A stretch of 50,550 bases of DNA from a virus (Duplodnaviria > Caudoviricetes). Location of the stretch: the IMG/VR virus record IMGVR_UViG_3300027719_000008, positions 1-50,550 of that record; one strand, 5' to 3'. Position 1 is the stretch's first letter, and every line of letters starts with the position of its first letter. Under the pieces are notes generated by a model, which had not been told where the DNA came from, made no database searches, and worked only from the letters and a program-made list of their open reading frames with translations. Positions 1 through 9,814 of this stretch are shown here, piece by piece. The translations under genes and the position numbers were made by a program.

Positions 1-73
1 CCGACCTGAGTTACGCAAACCTGAGTTCCGCCAACCTGCGTTCCGCCAACCTGCGTTCCGCCAACCTGCGTTA
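1..73. repeat. Terminal overlap identical to 50478-50550 (circular assembly)
   Basis: First 73 nt match last 73 nt exactly; reading frame continues across the junction. Confidence 0.9.
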
Positions 74-431
74 CGCCGACCTGAGTTCCGCCAACCTGCG
101 TTCCGCCAACCTGCGTTACGCCGACCTGAGTTCCGCCAACCTGCGTTACGCAAACCTGAGTTACGCAAACCTGAGTTTCGCCAAAGACGGATCAATCTGC
201 CGTATGGATTTCGGCGGATGGAGTATCTGCATCCGAGCCACATACACATCTATCGGATGCCAGACGCACGAAAATGAGAAATGGCTTGCATGGGGGTACA
301 GAGCAAATGCGATCATCAAGATGGAGCCACGAGCGTCGGCATGGTGGAGAATGCATGGCGATGCCATCAAAGCCGCTATCGTCGTCGTGATGAAGAAAGC
401 CAAACAGGAGAAACAGAATGGCAAAGCGTGA
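1..431 (+). CDS. Pentapeptide-repeat protein, 3' part with C-terminal domain
   Basis: Frame 3 [14 protein letters not shown]... leads into the 204..431 ORF (IGCQTHENEKW...WWRMHG). Confidence 0.85.
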   Translation, partial: DLSYANLSSANLRSANLRSANLRYADLSSANLRSANLRYADLSSANLRYANLSYANLSFAKDGSICRMDFGGWSICIRATYTSIGCQTHENEKWLAWGYRANAIIKMEPRASAWWRMHGDAIKAAIVVVMKKAKQEKQNGKA

Positions 432-567
432 CCTCTGGGAGGCAATGCTGGAGCGCAAGCGTCCGCTGGACATCGCGCTCGTGACGGACTGGATGGTAGG
501 CGCGGCGGTCGCGCTCGGGTGTTTGGCTGTGGTGCTGGCTTTGCTGGCAACGATTGGAGGCGAGTGA
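418..567 (+). CDS. Small membrane protein (49 aa)
   Basis: AGGAG SD; MAKRDLWEAML...VGAAVALGCLAVVLALLATIGGE hydrophobic stretch; stop overlaps next ATG. Confidence 0.6.
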   Translation: MAKRDLWEAMLERKRPLDIALVTDWMVGAAVALGCLAVVLALLATIGGE

Positions 568-1166
568 TGGTTCAGCTTCGCGACGGCGGACGGTATCGGT
601 TGAGGAATGGAAGAGTAATTACGTTGAGTACCCGTACTGACGTATACCCGTGGGTGGGAAGCAATGGTGAGACGTATACGGAAAGTGGCAGTTACAGCGT
701 TATGTCCGACGAAAACAATATGGACATCATCGCCGAAGTGCCCGAAGAAAAGGAGGAACCGATGGATATGGTTTGGGTGTTGGGTAAATACTACACCGCG
801 AGCAATGGATGCAAAGCCCGTTGTCTGTGCATACATGACGGCTACGCGTTTATGCATGTTGACGATAATCGCGGCCCAAGAGAGGCCCATTACATTGCCT
901 GCACCGATGGACGGTGCAAGAACGGCGATACGGCTTACGACATCACAGGCCCATGGGTCGAGCCGCTGAAGATCAAGTGGGAGATGGTGCCTGGCGCGTT
1001 TTATAAGATGATTATTAATGACAATGACGGCGTTCAGATTATCGGAGATGGTGGCATGTGGCAGTATGTCACTAACCTTTGGATGGATCACATTGCCAAT
1101 GGTTGGAGTGGTCATCTTGGTGAGACGAACTACCGGGATGGGCGGATTGAAAGGAGTAAGCCGTGA
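567..1166 (+). CDS. Hypothetical protein with two related G-x-Y-x-x-x-NG...G...DI modules
   Basis: GGAGG SD; GGRYRLRNG..MDII and LGKYYTASNG..YDIT. Confidence 0.7.
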   Translation: MVQLRDGGRYRLRNGRVITLSTRTDVYPWVGSNGETYTESGSYSVMSDENNMDIIAEVPEEKEEPMDMVWVLGKYYTASNGCKARCLCIHDGYAFMHVDDNRGPREAHYIACTDGRCKNGDTAYDITGPWVEPLKIKWEMVPGAFYKMIINDNDGVQIIGDGGMWQYVTNLWMDHIANGWSGHLGETNYRDGRIERSKP

Positions 1167-2107
1167 GAGATCGCACAACGTACATCGGTGGCACTGATGT
1201 GTCAGCCATCTTCGGAAAGAACAAGTGGAAAACCGCGTTCACGGTCTGGCGCGAGAAGATCGGCGAAGGCGAGGAGACGCCGGACAATCCGAGCATGGAG
1301 TGGGGTCGCAGGTCGGAACAGATGATCGCTGAGAAGTTCTGCGAAGATCACGATCTTCTGATCGACATGACAAAGCCCCAAGACCTCGTGCATCCGCAGT
1401 TCCAGTTCATCGGCGGCACCGTGGATCGCTGGCTTGTGGATTCGACCGGTAAGACGTTCGGGTTGGAGATCAAAACGGCGCACAGCCGAACCGACTGGAC
1501 AGACAACGAGGTTCCGCTGCATTACTGGATGCAATGCCAGTGGTATTGTGGCATCGCCAAGGCGCTTGGTTACGATGTGGACGGCTGGTATCTTGCCGTG
1601 CTGTTCGACGGACGCGACTATGTTGAATACTGGATTCCGTTCGATGACATCTGGTTTGACGGCGCTGTGCGGGACATCGCAACATGGTGGGTGGCACATG
1701 TCATCAACAAAGACCCCGTTGACGTTGACGGATCGGACGCGGCGAAAGCCTACCAGACGGAACGCTTCGCTGTAACAGAGAAGCAAGCAATCCTGCCGAG
1801 CAGCATGATCTCCGCAGCTGACCGCACGCTTCTGGCGGAATACCTCACGATGAAGCGGAACATGGAGCTGCAAGAGACAACACTTGACATCCTCGAAACG
1901 CAAATCATGGGCATCATCGGAACGAACAAGGGCGTGGCGCTGGACAATGGGGCTACCGTGACATGGGTGCGCTCCAAGCCCACCGAAAGCGTCAAGTGGA
2001 AAGATGTCGCCAAGGCTGCGCAGGTTCCGGACGACATCATCAAGCAGCATACAACGGTCGGCGCTGGCCGGTCGTATCTGAAAGTGGCTGGACTGGAACA
2101 GGAGTAG
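1163..2107 (+). CDS. YqaJ-like viral recombinase exonuclease
   Basis: RTTYIGGTDVSAIFG, WGRRSE, GGTVDR, LEIKT, QCQWY motifs; adjacent to recT. Confidence 0.93.
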   Translation: MRDRTTYIGGTDVSAIFGKNKWKTAFTVWREKIGEGEETPDNPSMEWGRRSEQMIAEKFCEDHDLLIDMTKPQDLVHPQFQFIGGTVDRWLVDSTGKTFGLEIKTAHSRTDWTDNEVPLHYWMQCQWYCGIAKALGYDVDGWYLAVLFDGRDYVEYWIPFDDIWFDGAVRDIATWWVAHVINKDPVDVDGSDAAKAYQTERFAVTEKQAILPSSMISAADRTLLAEYLTMKRNMELQETTLDILETQIMGIIGTNKGVALDNGATVTWVRSKPTESVKWKDVAKAAQVPDDIIKQHTTVGAGRSYLKVAGLEQE

Positions 2108-2111
2108 GAAC

Positions 2112-3134
2112 ATGGCGAACGATGTTGCGACCAAGATGAAGGAAATCAGTGGTTGGCTGGAGACGCCGGGGATTCAGGCGAGCATCACCAAGGCGTGCGC
2201 GAAGCATCTCACCGGGGAGCGCCTGACGCGCATCGTCATGTCGGCGATCTCCCGCAACCAAGGTCTGCTGGAATGCACGAAGGAAAGCCTGTACAGCGCC
2301 GTCCTGTGCTGCGGCCAGTTGGGGCTGGAGCCGTCGCTCCTCGGCGAAGCGTACCTCGTGCCCTACAACAACAGTAAGATGGGACGCAAGGAGGTGCAAT
2401 TCCAAGTCGGCTACAAGGGACTGGTTGCCCTTGCGCGCCGGTCGGGAGATATCTCCACGATAACGGCGGAATGCGTTCACGAGAAGGACACATTCTCCTA
2501 CCGCCTCGGCGACGATCCCAAGATCGAACACATCCCGGCGCTGGACGATGAACCCGGATCATGCACACACGTCTACGCTATCGCCAAGCTGAAAGATGGC
2601 GGCATTCAGCGCGTCGTCATGACCAAGGGCGCGATTGAGAAGATTCGCACACGCAGCAAGGCCGGATCGTCCGGCCCGTGGGTGACGGACTGGGAGGAGA
2701 TGGCCAAGAAAACCGCCATCAAGCGACTCTGCAAGCTCCTCCCCATGAGCATCGAACTGGCCGATGCCATCGACACCGATACGAGCGCCGAGTCGGATGT
2801 TCCGATGCAGCTCAAGGATGTGCCTGCCGAAGTCGTGGACACCACCGCCCCGAAGTCCCGCAATAGCGCCAAGGCCCGTGCCGCGATCTCCAAGCCGGAG
2901 CCGGAAGTCGTTCCCGTCGAGGCCGAACCCCTGGCCGAGAAGGACGAGCCGGAGTCCTATCTGACGTTCTTTACGAGCCTGTTGCAGCGCAATCCGGACC
3001 TGTTCGCCAAGACGATTGCCAAGGCGTCGGAAGCGGACCCGAACTTCATGGGCGTCAAGACGGAGGATGACCTGGCGCGCTTCGACGAAGCCGACCTGTC
3101 GTTCCTGATGACGCAGTATCAACTCGTGATCTAA
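2112..3134 (+). CDS. recT: RecT family single-strand annealing protein
   Basis: QLGLEP, GEAYLVPY, QFQVGYKGLVALARRSG, PWVTDWEEMAKKTAIKRLCKLLP. Confidence 0.95.
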   Translation: MANDVATKMKEISGWLETPGIQASITKACAKHLTGERLTRIVMSAISRNQGLLECTKESLYSAVLCCGQLGLEPSLLGEAYLVPYNNSKMGRKEVQFQVGYKGLVALARRSGDISTITAECVHEKDTFSYRLGDDPKIEHIPALDDEPGSCTHVYAIAKLKDGGIQRVVMTKGAIEKIRTRSKAGSSGPWVTDWEEMAKKTAIKRLCKLLPMSIELADAIDTDTSAESDVPMQLKDVPAEVVDTTAPKSRNSAKARAAISKPEPEVVPVEAEPLAEKDEPESYLTFFTSLLQRNPDLFAKTIAKASEADPNFMGVKTEDDLARFDEADLSFLMTQYQLVI

Positions 3135-3140
3135 AACCCT

Positions 3141-3320
3141 ATGCGGGCGCTCCTGCCATCGTGCAGGGTGCGGCGACTAGAGCCACCCGCCCGTCGCGCG
3201 CCGAAACCATTGCCCGGTCCTCAGCCGGTCGGCATAACGAGATAACCCGTCGCCCGCATCTTTGAACACTACCGCCGCCCCCGTCGAGCGTACCAAGGGG
3301 GGAACGTTCCGGGGGCGGTT
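3141..3320 (+). ncRNA. Candidate structured non-coding RNA between recT and ssb
   Basis: ATGCGGGCG (3141) / CGCCCGCAT (3251) closing stem with internal hairpins; second stem CCGCCCCCG (3275) / CGGGGGCGG (3310). Confidence 0.4.
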
Positions 3321-3341
3321 ACTCTGAATGAAAGGACTACC

Positions 3342-3782
3342 ATGCAATACGAAAAAGCTCCGTTCCTGAATATGGCCGTCGTGACCGGTCGCCTGTTGAA
3401 TGACCCGCAGGTACATGACAACAACCGCGTTACGGTGTTCTTCCACATCAACGGCTACTTCGACAAGACCACCAAGCGCGAGAAGAACTACGTGCATATC
3501 GGCGTCACCTGCTTCGGTAAGGCAGCGGCATTCCTCGCAAAGCGCAGCAAGGGAGACATCCTAACATTCACGGGCCGCATGGGTGGTTACGAGCAGGACG
3601 TTGGCGGCAAGAAGGTGTGGCGGCATGAGATATGCGCTGACAAGGTTTGCCTCTATGGCTCCGTCAAGGGATTCGATGAAGTGGACGACGCCGAGCCAAC
3701 CGCAGACAACAATCCCACTCCGCCAGAGCAGAAGGCCCAAGGCGAGGCCGAAGAATACGACGACGAAGGAGCGCCGTTCTAA
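3342..3782 (+). CDS. ssb: Single-stranded DNA-binding protein (divergent)
   Basis: N..VVTGRL..DP, V.CFGKAA..L....KG....TGR, acidic tail ending PF. Confidence 0.85.
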   Translation: MQYEKAPFLNMAVVTGRLLNDPQVHDNNRVTVFFHINGYFDKTTKREKNYVHIGVTCFGKAAAFLAKRSKGDILTFTGRMGGYEQDVGGKKVWRHEICADKVCLYGSVKGFDEVDDAEPTADNNPTPPEQKAQGEAEEYDDEGAPF

Positions 3783-4155
3783 TGCGTGCCGTCACACAGC
3801 CAAGCCATAGGGCGATCAAAGTAGCATCCGCCATTCACGCAATGAACGCGCTCGAAAACCCCTGCAAGTATTGCCCGTATCAGAATACCCATGCGCATTG
3901 CCCGGAGAACTACTGCCACAAGGTCGCTATGATCATCGACTCCATGTTAAAGGAGAAGCCATGACATGTAAGATCGCGGTTGAAATCAACCCCATGAATG
4001 AGAAGTGGTGCGGCATGTGCAGAAAATTGTCAAGCTATCTGGGATGCCGGTTCTATTGCAGTATTCTCGGAAACGAAGAACTCAATTACGATCTGGATGG
4101 AAATATCATGCGTCATCCCGATTGCATCAAGGCCGAAAAGGAGGCGATGAAATGA
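3782..4155 (+). CDS. Two small Cys-rich hypothetical proteins (3782..3964; 3961..4155)
   Basis: Coupled ORFs with SD sequences and CxxC motifs. Confidence 0.6.
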
Positions 4156-4469
4156 CCGACGAACTCAAGCCGTGCCCTTGGTGCAATGGTAATGCTCACG
4201 TTAGGATATACATGCGAGATGCAACGTCGAAAATCATTGACGGGTATTCTATCGAGTGTGATGACTGCCACATCGATCCTGATATTTATGACGCTCACGA
4301 GGAAGAGGCTATTAAGCAATGGAACACCCGCCCCATCGAGGACGCGCTGGTGAAGGCGCTGGAAGCCATGATCGATCTTGTGAATGCTGATCGTCAAGAC
4401 GCGGTTGAATGCGACAAGATGGCCCGTGCCGCCCTTGCGCTGGCGAAAGGAGGGAACGATGCACAATGA
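4152..4469 (+). CDS. Lar-family restriction alleviation-like zinc-finger protein
   Basis: MTDELKPCPWCNG...IECDDC...EEEAIKQWNTR. Confidence 0.8.
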   Translation: MTDELKPCPWCNGNAHVRIYMRDATSKIIDGYSIECDDCHIDPDIYDAHEEEAIKQWNTRPIEDALVKALEAMIDLVNADRQDAVECDKMARAALALAKGGNDAQ

Positions 4470-4917
4470 CATTATGAGTCGATTGCGTAAAGCCGGTGTG
4501 CACGCAAGCATCTATGGCAGATTCGCGTATGATCCGATTAACGCAACAGACATCGACATCGCTATTGCGGATGACAAAGATCACACGTATCTCAGCGCCA
4601 TAGAGGGAATGACATACGATCATCCGTATAACGAGGAATATGACGGAGAATGCGTTGTTGACTTCATCGAATGGAAAGACAAACAAACAAAAAAAACCAT
4701 CCAAGGAGTCGTTTTTAGCCCGCAATGGTTCCCTGTTGCGATTGCAGCAAACAATACAATAGGCAGCATCTATATGAATACTAACGTTGAGTTTGAGTCG
4801 GCACGGAGTCTGCATTCGCTCACCCACACCAAAGAAGGTCGGCATGCCATCTTCGCTACTATTGAGTGTGCCATGAAAAACTACATGGACGAGCTGGCGA
4901 AAGGAGGGGCAAAGTGA
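4459..4917 (+). CDS. Hypothetical protein flanked by 16-bp direct repeats
   Basis: AGGAGG SD, ATG 4459; GCTGGCGAAAGGAGGG at 4439 and 4893. Confidence 0.7.
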   Translation: MHNDIMSRLRKAGVHASIYGRFAYDPINATDIDIAIADDKDHTYLSAIEGMTYDHPYNEEYDGECVVDFIEWKDKQTKKTIQGVVFSPQWFPVAIAANNTIGSIYMNTNVEFESARSLHSLTHTKEGRHAIFATIECAMKNYMDELAKGGAK

Positions 4918-6380
4918 GTGATAATGATAAAAACAACGGCTTTGAATGCGGAACAATCGCATCAGTAGTAAGAACGGCACGGGAACATAGCGCCGAACTT
5001 GAAAGCGAACTGGCGACGGCGCGCAACGAAATCGCACGGCTGCGGGAACTGGTGGAGGATGCCTATAACGAGGGAGTCAATGATACATTTGACTTCGGCG
5101 TGACGGATGGAAATCGCGGGTGGCTTGATTCCGACGCCAAGGCTGCGCTCGATGGGGAGGGGAAACATGAGCTTTAATCACAAGAGCGATCTGTGCGAAA
5201 CATGCGTCTGGGATGCGTGCGTCAACAAATTCTGCGCGAAGTGCGACGGGAATACCTACTACAGGGCGGCAACCGCAACCTCCCGCATCGCCGAACTGGA
5301 GGCGGAGAATCGGCGGTTGAAGGAGGCGCTGAACGTTATCTGCGCGCTCAATACTGCGGAAACGATGAAGCGCGCGGCATGGAAAGCCCTCGCCAGCGGA
5401 AAGGACGGTGACGCATGACGGAGTCATTCTCCATCGACGGCGGAAAAACGTGGATTCCGTGCGAGTTCGTAACGTTGACCGTGAAGAAGAAAAGGCATCC
5501 CAGAAAGACGCTCCGGAAGATAACAAAGGGGCCGATGAAGTTGACAGCAACCATAACGGAAGAACAGCGTATGCAGCTTGCTATTCTTGCTGCGATGACG
5601 GAATGACGGTGACGCATGACTCGGATTGAGTTTGTTGGAAGGTATGCGAAGCGATTTGCGCAACTGACTGGATGCGACTACGAGATTGCGTTCCAAACGG
5701 CAGAAGCGTGCGCAGATGCAATTTGGGATTGTTTTTGCGAACAAGAGACGCCTGAGGAATGTGCGGAATCGGAGGTTGATGCACAATCACAAGAAGAAGC
5801 AAAGGACGGTGACGCATGACCAAGGCGAAAGAACCGAGTAAGGCGACGATAAGGGCATGGTATGACGCCGTAAGCAAATGGGCGCATCCGGACCCGTTTG
5901 ACGATAACCGGAACACCGATAGCAATGTTGACGCCGCTCGCATCATCCAGCGCCACGTTGACCGCGAAGTGCGCAGGGCGGTGCGGCGGCACAACAAAGT
6001 AGCGATGTGCTCCGACAGATTCGTCAAATCACTTTTTTGTGGAAGTTATATTAATACTCTATCAGCGCAGAAGAACCTTGTCGCCGCAGTCAACGCCATG
6101 AAGGATGGGAAGAAAACATGAGTGGATACGGGCCGACAGGATGGAAGGGCTGCATCACATTCGCATTGCTTGCGCCGTTCATGATCGTGGCCATGATTTT
6201 CAGGGCGATTCGCGAAAGGATTTCTAAATGAGCTTTTACGACATTGAAAACATCAGTTGGTTGAATCGTTACGACCGCCTGTCATTCGTTCTTGTTGCGC
6301 CGATGTTTATCGCCGCGACCATTTACATGACGCCTGTTTTTCTTGTCGGTTGGATTGCGCGAAAGGTATGCAAACCATGA
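4914..6380 (+). CDS. Cluster of small coupled hypothetical genes (4914..5177, 5167..5418, 5415..5606, 5616..5819, 5816..6121, 6118..6231, 6228..6380)
   Basis: Consecutive ORFs, mostly with start/stop overlaps; last two are hydrophobic. Confidence 0.65.
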
Positions 6381-8000
6381 CCGCCCTATCCGACGTATAC
6401 GCCGAAGCACTGGACCCGCGCAACTGGACTGAGCCGGAGGGCGGGGAAATTGAGTATGACCGGAGCGATGACTGTGACGAACCGGATGAAGATGAAAGCG
6501 AGGACGACCATGCCACGGAAGATCACGGTTGAATTGACGATAGATGAAGAATGGTTTGAAGATAATGTGAGCGATGATTTGACCATTCGCGACATCTTTG
6601 AAGATGTCGTTGGCGTCGGATTCAGAATAATTACGGAAAGCGAGGACGACGATGAGCAAGACACGACCGTTTGCAATCAGTGAGCGCATTCTTGGTGTTG
6701 TCGTCGGAATGATTGGAATGCCGTTCTTTGCAATCACAACGTTTTCGCCGGTATTCATTCACCCAGATATGGATAACGCGCTTGGGTTTTTGGCTGCCGT
6801 TCCGTTCATGGTGATCGTGTCAATCGGATCGCTTGCTGCATTGATGGTGAGCGTCAGTACGTTTATGGCGTGTGCGTTTGGCTCTGTAACTGTTACTGAA
6901 GGCGAGGATAAAGAATGAGCGACCAGACCCTATTCAAATCCATCGAGAACAACCCCACCGACATCGGCCAGCTTGCGGAGATTCTCACAAAGATCGAAGT
7001 CATGAGCGGACTTTTGCAGCGTACCGCCGAAAACTGTGAGCGTCAACACAAAGAGCTTGGCAACCTTCGGGCATCCATGCAGCCGAGCGCCAACTGAAAG
7101 GAGTGGTCGTGAAACGCATGTGCGAAAAGTGCCACGAGTACCCGAAGCACCGGGACACGAAGTATTGCCGCAAGTGCCTCGCAGCAGTCCGATCAACGAT
7201 GGAACAGCATGACCGCGAGGAAGCCTACTATGACCATGTGCAGTCGATCAGGACGCACAACCGGAGAGCAGGGAGGGATGTATGAGTGCCATCAAAGAAC
7301 TGATTGATATCCTCGTTGACGCAAACACCGATCTTGGCAATGACCACACATACGAGGACCGCGTTGATAACCATAGCCACGGATTCAGTGACACGACTAT
7401 AGCCAACCTCAAGCACCTGCAAAGCAGGATAGCTCCCATTCAGAACACTACTCGCACTCAACGAGAGCAAGGAGCCGAGCGCATCCTATTCATGGTGCGC
7501 CAGTGCATCAACTACGCCAAGCGCGAAGGCACGCTGCCGGACGTGTTTGATGAACAACTGTGCGAAGGTATCGAGACGTTTTTTAGAGGACGTGGATAAT
7601 ATGGAACCCGACGACATCGAACAATACCGCAACGCCGACAACACCAGGATGCAGGAGTACCCAACCGAGATCGAAATCCGGATGGCCAAAGCAGGGACAA
7701 CGAACTGGAGGCAGAAAACCGATGGACACCGATACAAACAGGATCGCCACGCTTACAAGCCCCGTGATGGAGGATTCCATTGCAAGCCTCGAAAGGGCAA
7801 AGGTGGAAGTGTGCCACCTGCCGCGCGGGGTGACGGTATTCTATAAGCAATCGAACACCATCATCGACAACGACGGCACGCTCTACGATGACTCGGCGCT
7901 GGAACTTGTGGACGCATTCAAGGACGGCCAGCGCATTGCCTGTGATGACTACCGCCTCTTGGAAGAGGTCGTGAGTGAACTCAACTGGAATACCATCTAA
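6377..8000 (+). CDS. Cluster of small hypothetical genes (6377..6532, 6510..6683, 6652..6918 membrane, 6915..7097, 7103..7285 Zn-finger, 7282..7599, 7601..7846, 7722..8000)
   Basis: Tightly packed ORFs with SD motifs. Confidence 0.6.
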
Positions 8001-8013
8001 TAGGAGATGAACA

Positions 8014-8523
8014 ATGAACATGAAACAAGCAATGAAGCTCTACGGCTGGAAAATGCGCGAGGAGCGCCGCTCTAAGAAGCTGCAACAGGATGAAGTCGGC
8101 CAGATGGTTGGCGTTACCGGAACGACAATCTCGTACTATGAGAACGGAACCGGCGGCAACCCGTACTCCGAAGGATTTCAAAAGTTGTTCAAGCTATTCG
8201 GTGGCCTCGGGGTGTTCGACGGATCACTGAATATCATCTACAAAGAGCAGGCATCAGCGCCCGGGATTGAGCCGGTCGCCGTCCAGTCCGATCCGCTCCA
8301 GCAGGGCCACTTCAAGATACTCCGCATCAACCTGGACACAGGGGCCACCGAGGTCATCACCCATGACGAACTCATCCAGCGCGCCGTGCGCGCCGAAGAA
8401 GCTTTTGCTGCAACACGGAAGCGATACCAAAGCCTGAAAGCATCCATAAACGACCTCGCCAAATCACTGGAGGATACAGCCGCACTATTCCGCAAGGCGA
8501 CCGACGACATCACCAACGCATGA
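8014..8523 (+). CDS. XRE-family HTH transcriptional regulator with C-terminal coiled coil
   Basis: MREERRSKKLQQDEVGQMVGVTGTTISYYENGTGGNP. Confidence 0.85.
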   Translation: MNMKQAMKLYGWKMREERRSKKLQQDEVGQMVGVTGTTISYYENGTGGNPYSEGFQKLFKLFGGLGVFDGSLNIIYKEQASAPGIEPVAVQSDPLQQGHFKILRINLDTGATEVITHDELIQRAVRAEEAFAATRKRYQSLKASINDLAKSLEDTAALFRKATDDITNA

Positions 8524-8541
8524 GCCGTCCGAAAAAAGTTG

Positions 8542-8569
8542 TTGACATGACAACCCGCATACGTATAGT
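8542..8569 (+). promoter_or_regulatory. Sigma70-type promoter for replication genes
   Basis: TTGACA-N16-TATAGT in intergenic gap. Confidence 0.7.
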
Positions 8570-8595
8570 TAATAACTATACACAAGGAGACGCGA

Positions 8596-8751
8596 ATGAA
8601 GCTGAATACCACGCAATTCAATATCCGCATTCCGCGCCGTATGCGTGATGATCTCGTTCGAGAGGCAACAGCCCTTGGGTTGAACGTATCGGAATACGTC
8701 CGGAGGATCATTGATGCGCGGCGCGCAGAAGCGGCACGGAAGGAGTCGTGA
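8596..8751 (+). CDS. Ribbon-helix-helix (Arc/CopG-like) protein, 51 aa, not in ORF track
   Basis: AAGGAG SD; MKLNTTQFNIRIPRRMRDDLVREATALGLNVSEYVRRIID. Confidence 0.8.
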   Translation: MKLNTTQFNIRIPRRMRDDLVREATALGLNVSEYVRRIIDARRAEAARKES

Positions 8752-8752
8752 C

Positions 8753-9814
8753 ATGAAATGGTTCAAGCACATGACGGACGCCTTTGATGACGAGAAGCTC
8801 GCGGCGGTGGTGGCCGAGAAGGGCATGGGCGGATATGGATTCTACTGGCGAACGCTGGAGATTCTTGCCGACCAACTCGACATCGGCAAAGGAAAAACGT
8901 CTGCTATGGTGCGCTATCCGATCAAGAAGTGGGCCGACAATTATGGCATGCAGCCCCGAACATTCCTTGATTTTATCGGATGCCTGCACCGCAATTCCTT
9001 AGTGAATCTCTCGCAAATCGGAAAATATTTTGCGATCTCGGAAGGAATTGGACGCTTGACCAAAGAAGATGTTTTAGAAATTGATTGTCCTAACTTGTTG
9101 AAAATAAAGGATAATCACACTTCGAACTTGCAAGCGACTAACAAGAAACTTGCAAGCAAAGAAGGAGATGTAGAGCTAGATGGAGAAGGAGAAACAACTA
9201 CCCCCCCTAAGAAAGCTAACGCTTTCTCCCCCCAAGGGGGATCGTCATTGCCCGAACAGCCGGAGAAAACTGCAACCGCCACCCCGGTCACGGCATTTTC
9301 CGAGAAAACGCCTACAAGCCCCGTAGACGATTCGGAAGCAGGAGATAAGGCAATCGCCTTACCTGCCCCATCCAAAGCGACTGGCGGGGCGCGCAAGCGG
9401 GTAAAAAGGGCATACCCAGAGAAGATCGCCGCGCTACTCGACCGGTTCGCGGAAATCAGGAAATCAGACGATAGCCGTGATGTTGCATCGAGGAGTATTG
9501 CAAAGCGAATCAAAGAAGGCCATAGTCATGAAGAACTCATGCGCTGCATCGAGAGATATCATAGGACTATAGAAAACCCCTGCTATCCATTCAAGGTTGG
9601 AAACTTCTTCGGGAACGACAAGCGATTCGTTGCCTACCTTGACGAAAACTTTACCGAACCAGAGCCGACGTTTAACCCGAACGTGCCAAGCATCTGGGAT
9701 ATGCTCCGCGAACAGGGCTGCGATGTGCCCACCAAGTACAGCGACGAGGACATCAAGTGGATCGAGGATCAGGAACGCGAGTTCCGTAAACCAAAGGAGG
9801 CCGCTGTTGGATGA
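8753..9814 (+). CDS. Phage replication initiator (DUF4373/Lin1244-like N-terminus)
   Basis: MKWFKHMTDAFDDEKL...GYGFYWRTLE; low-complexity linker; precedes helicase. Confidence 0.8.
   Translation: MKWFKHMTDAFDDEKLAAVVAEKGMGGYGFYWRTLEILADQLDIGKGKTSAMVRYPIKKWADNYGMQPRTFLDFIGCLHRNSLVNLSQIGKYFAISEGIGRLTKEDVLEIDCPNLLKIKDNHTSNLQATNKKLASKEGDVELDGEGETTTPPKKANAFSPQGGSSLPEQPEKTATATPVTAFSEKTPTSPVDDSEAGDKAIALPAPSKATGGARKRVKRAYPEKIAALLDRFAEIRKSDDSRDVASRSIAKRIKEGHSHEELMRCIERYHRTIENPCYPFKVGNFFGNDKRFVAYLDENFTEPEPTFNPNVPSIWDMLREQGCDVPTKYSDEDIKWIEDQEREFRKPKEAAVG

Noticed and set aside
1-73. Biological terminal repeat
   Set aside because: Falls inside a coding tandem repeat; more likely an assembly overlap
3135-3341. 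tRNA gene
   Set aside because: No T-loop GTTC motif in cloverleaf context and no CCA acceptor arrangement
5400-5820. CRISPR-like array
   Set aside because: Intervening segments are about 185-bp coding genes, repeats are too short and no cas genes are seen
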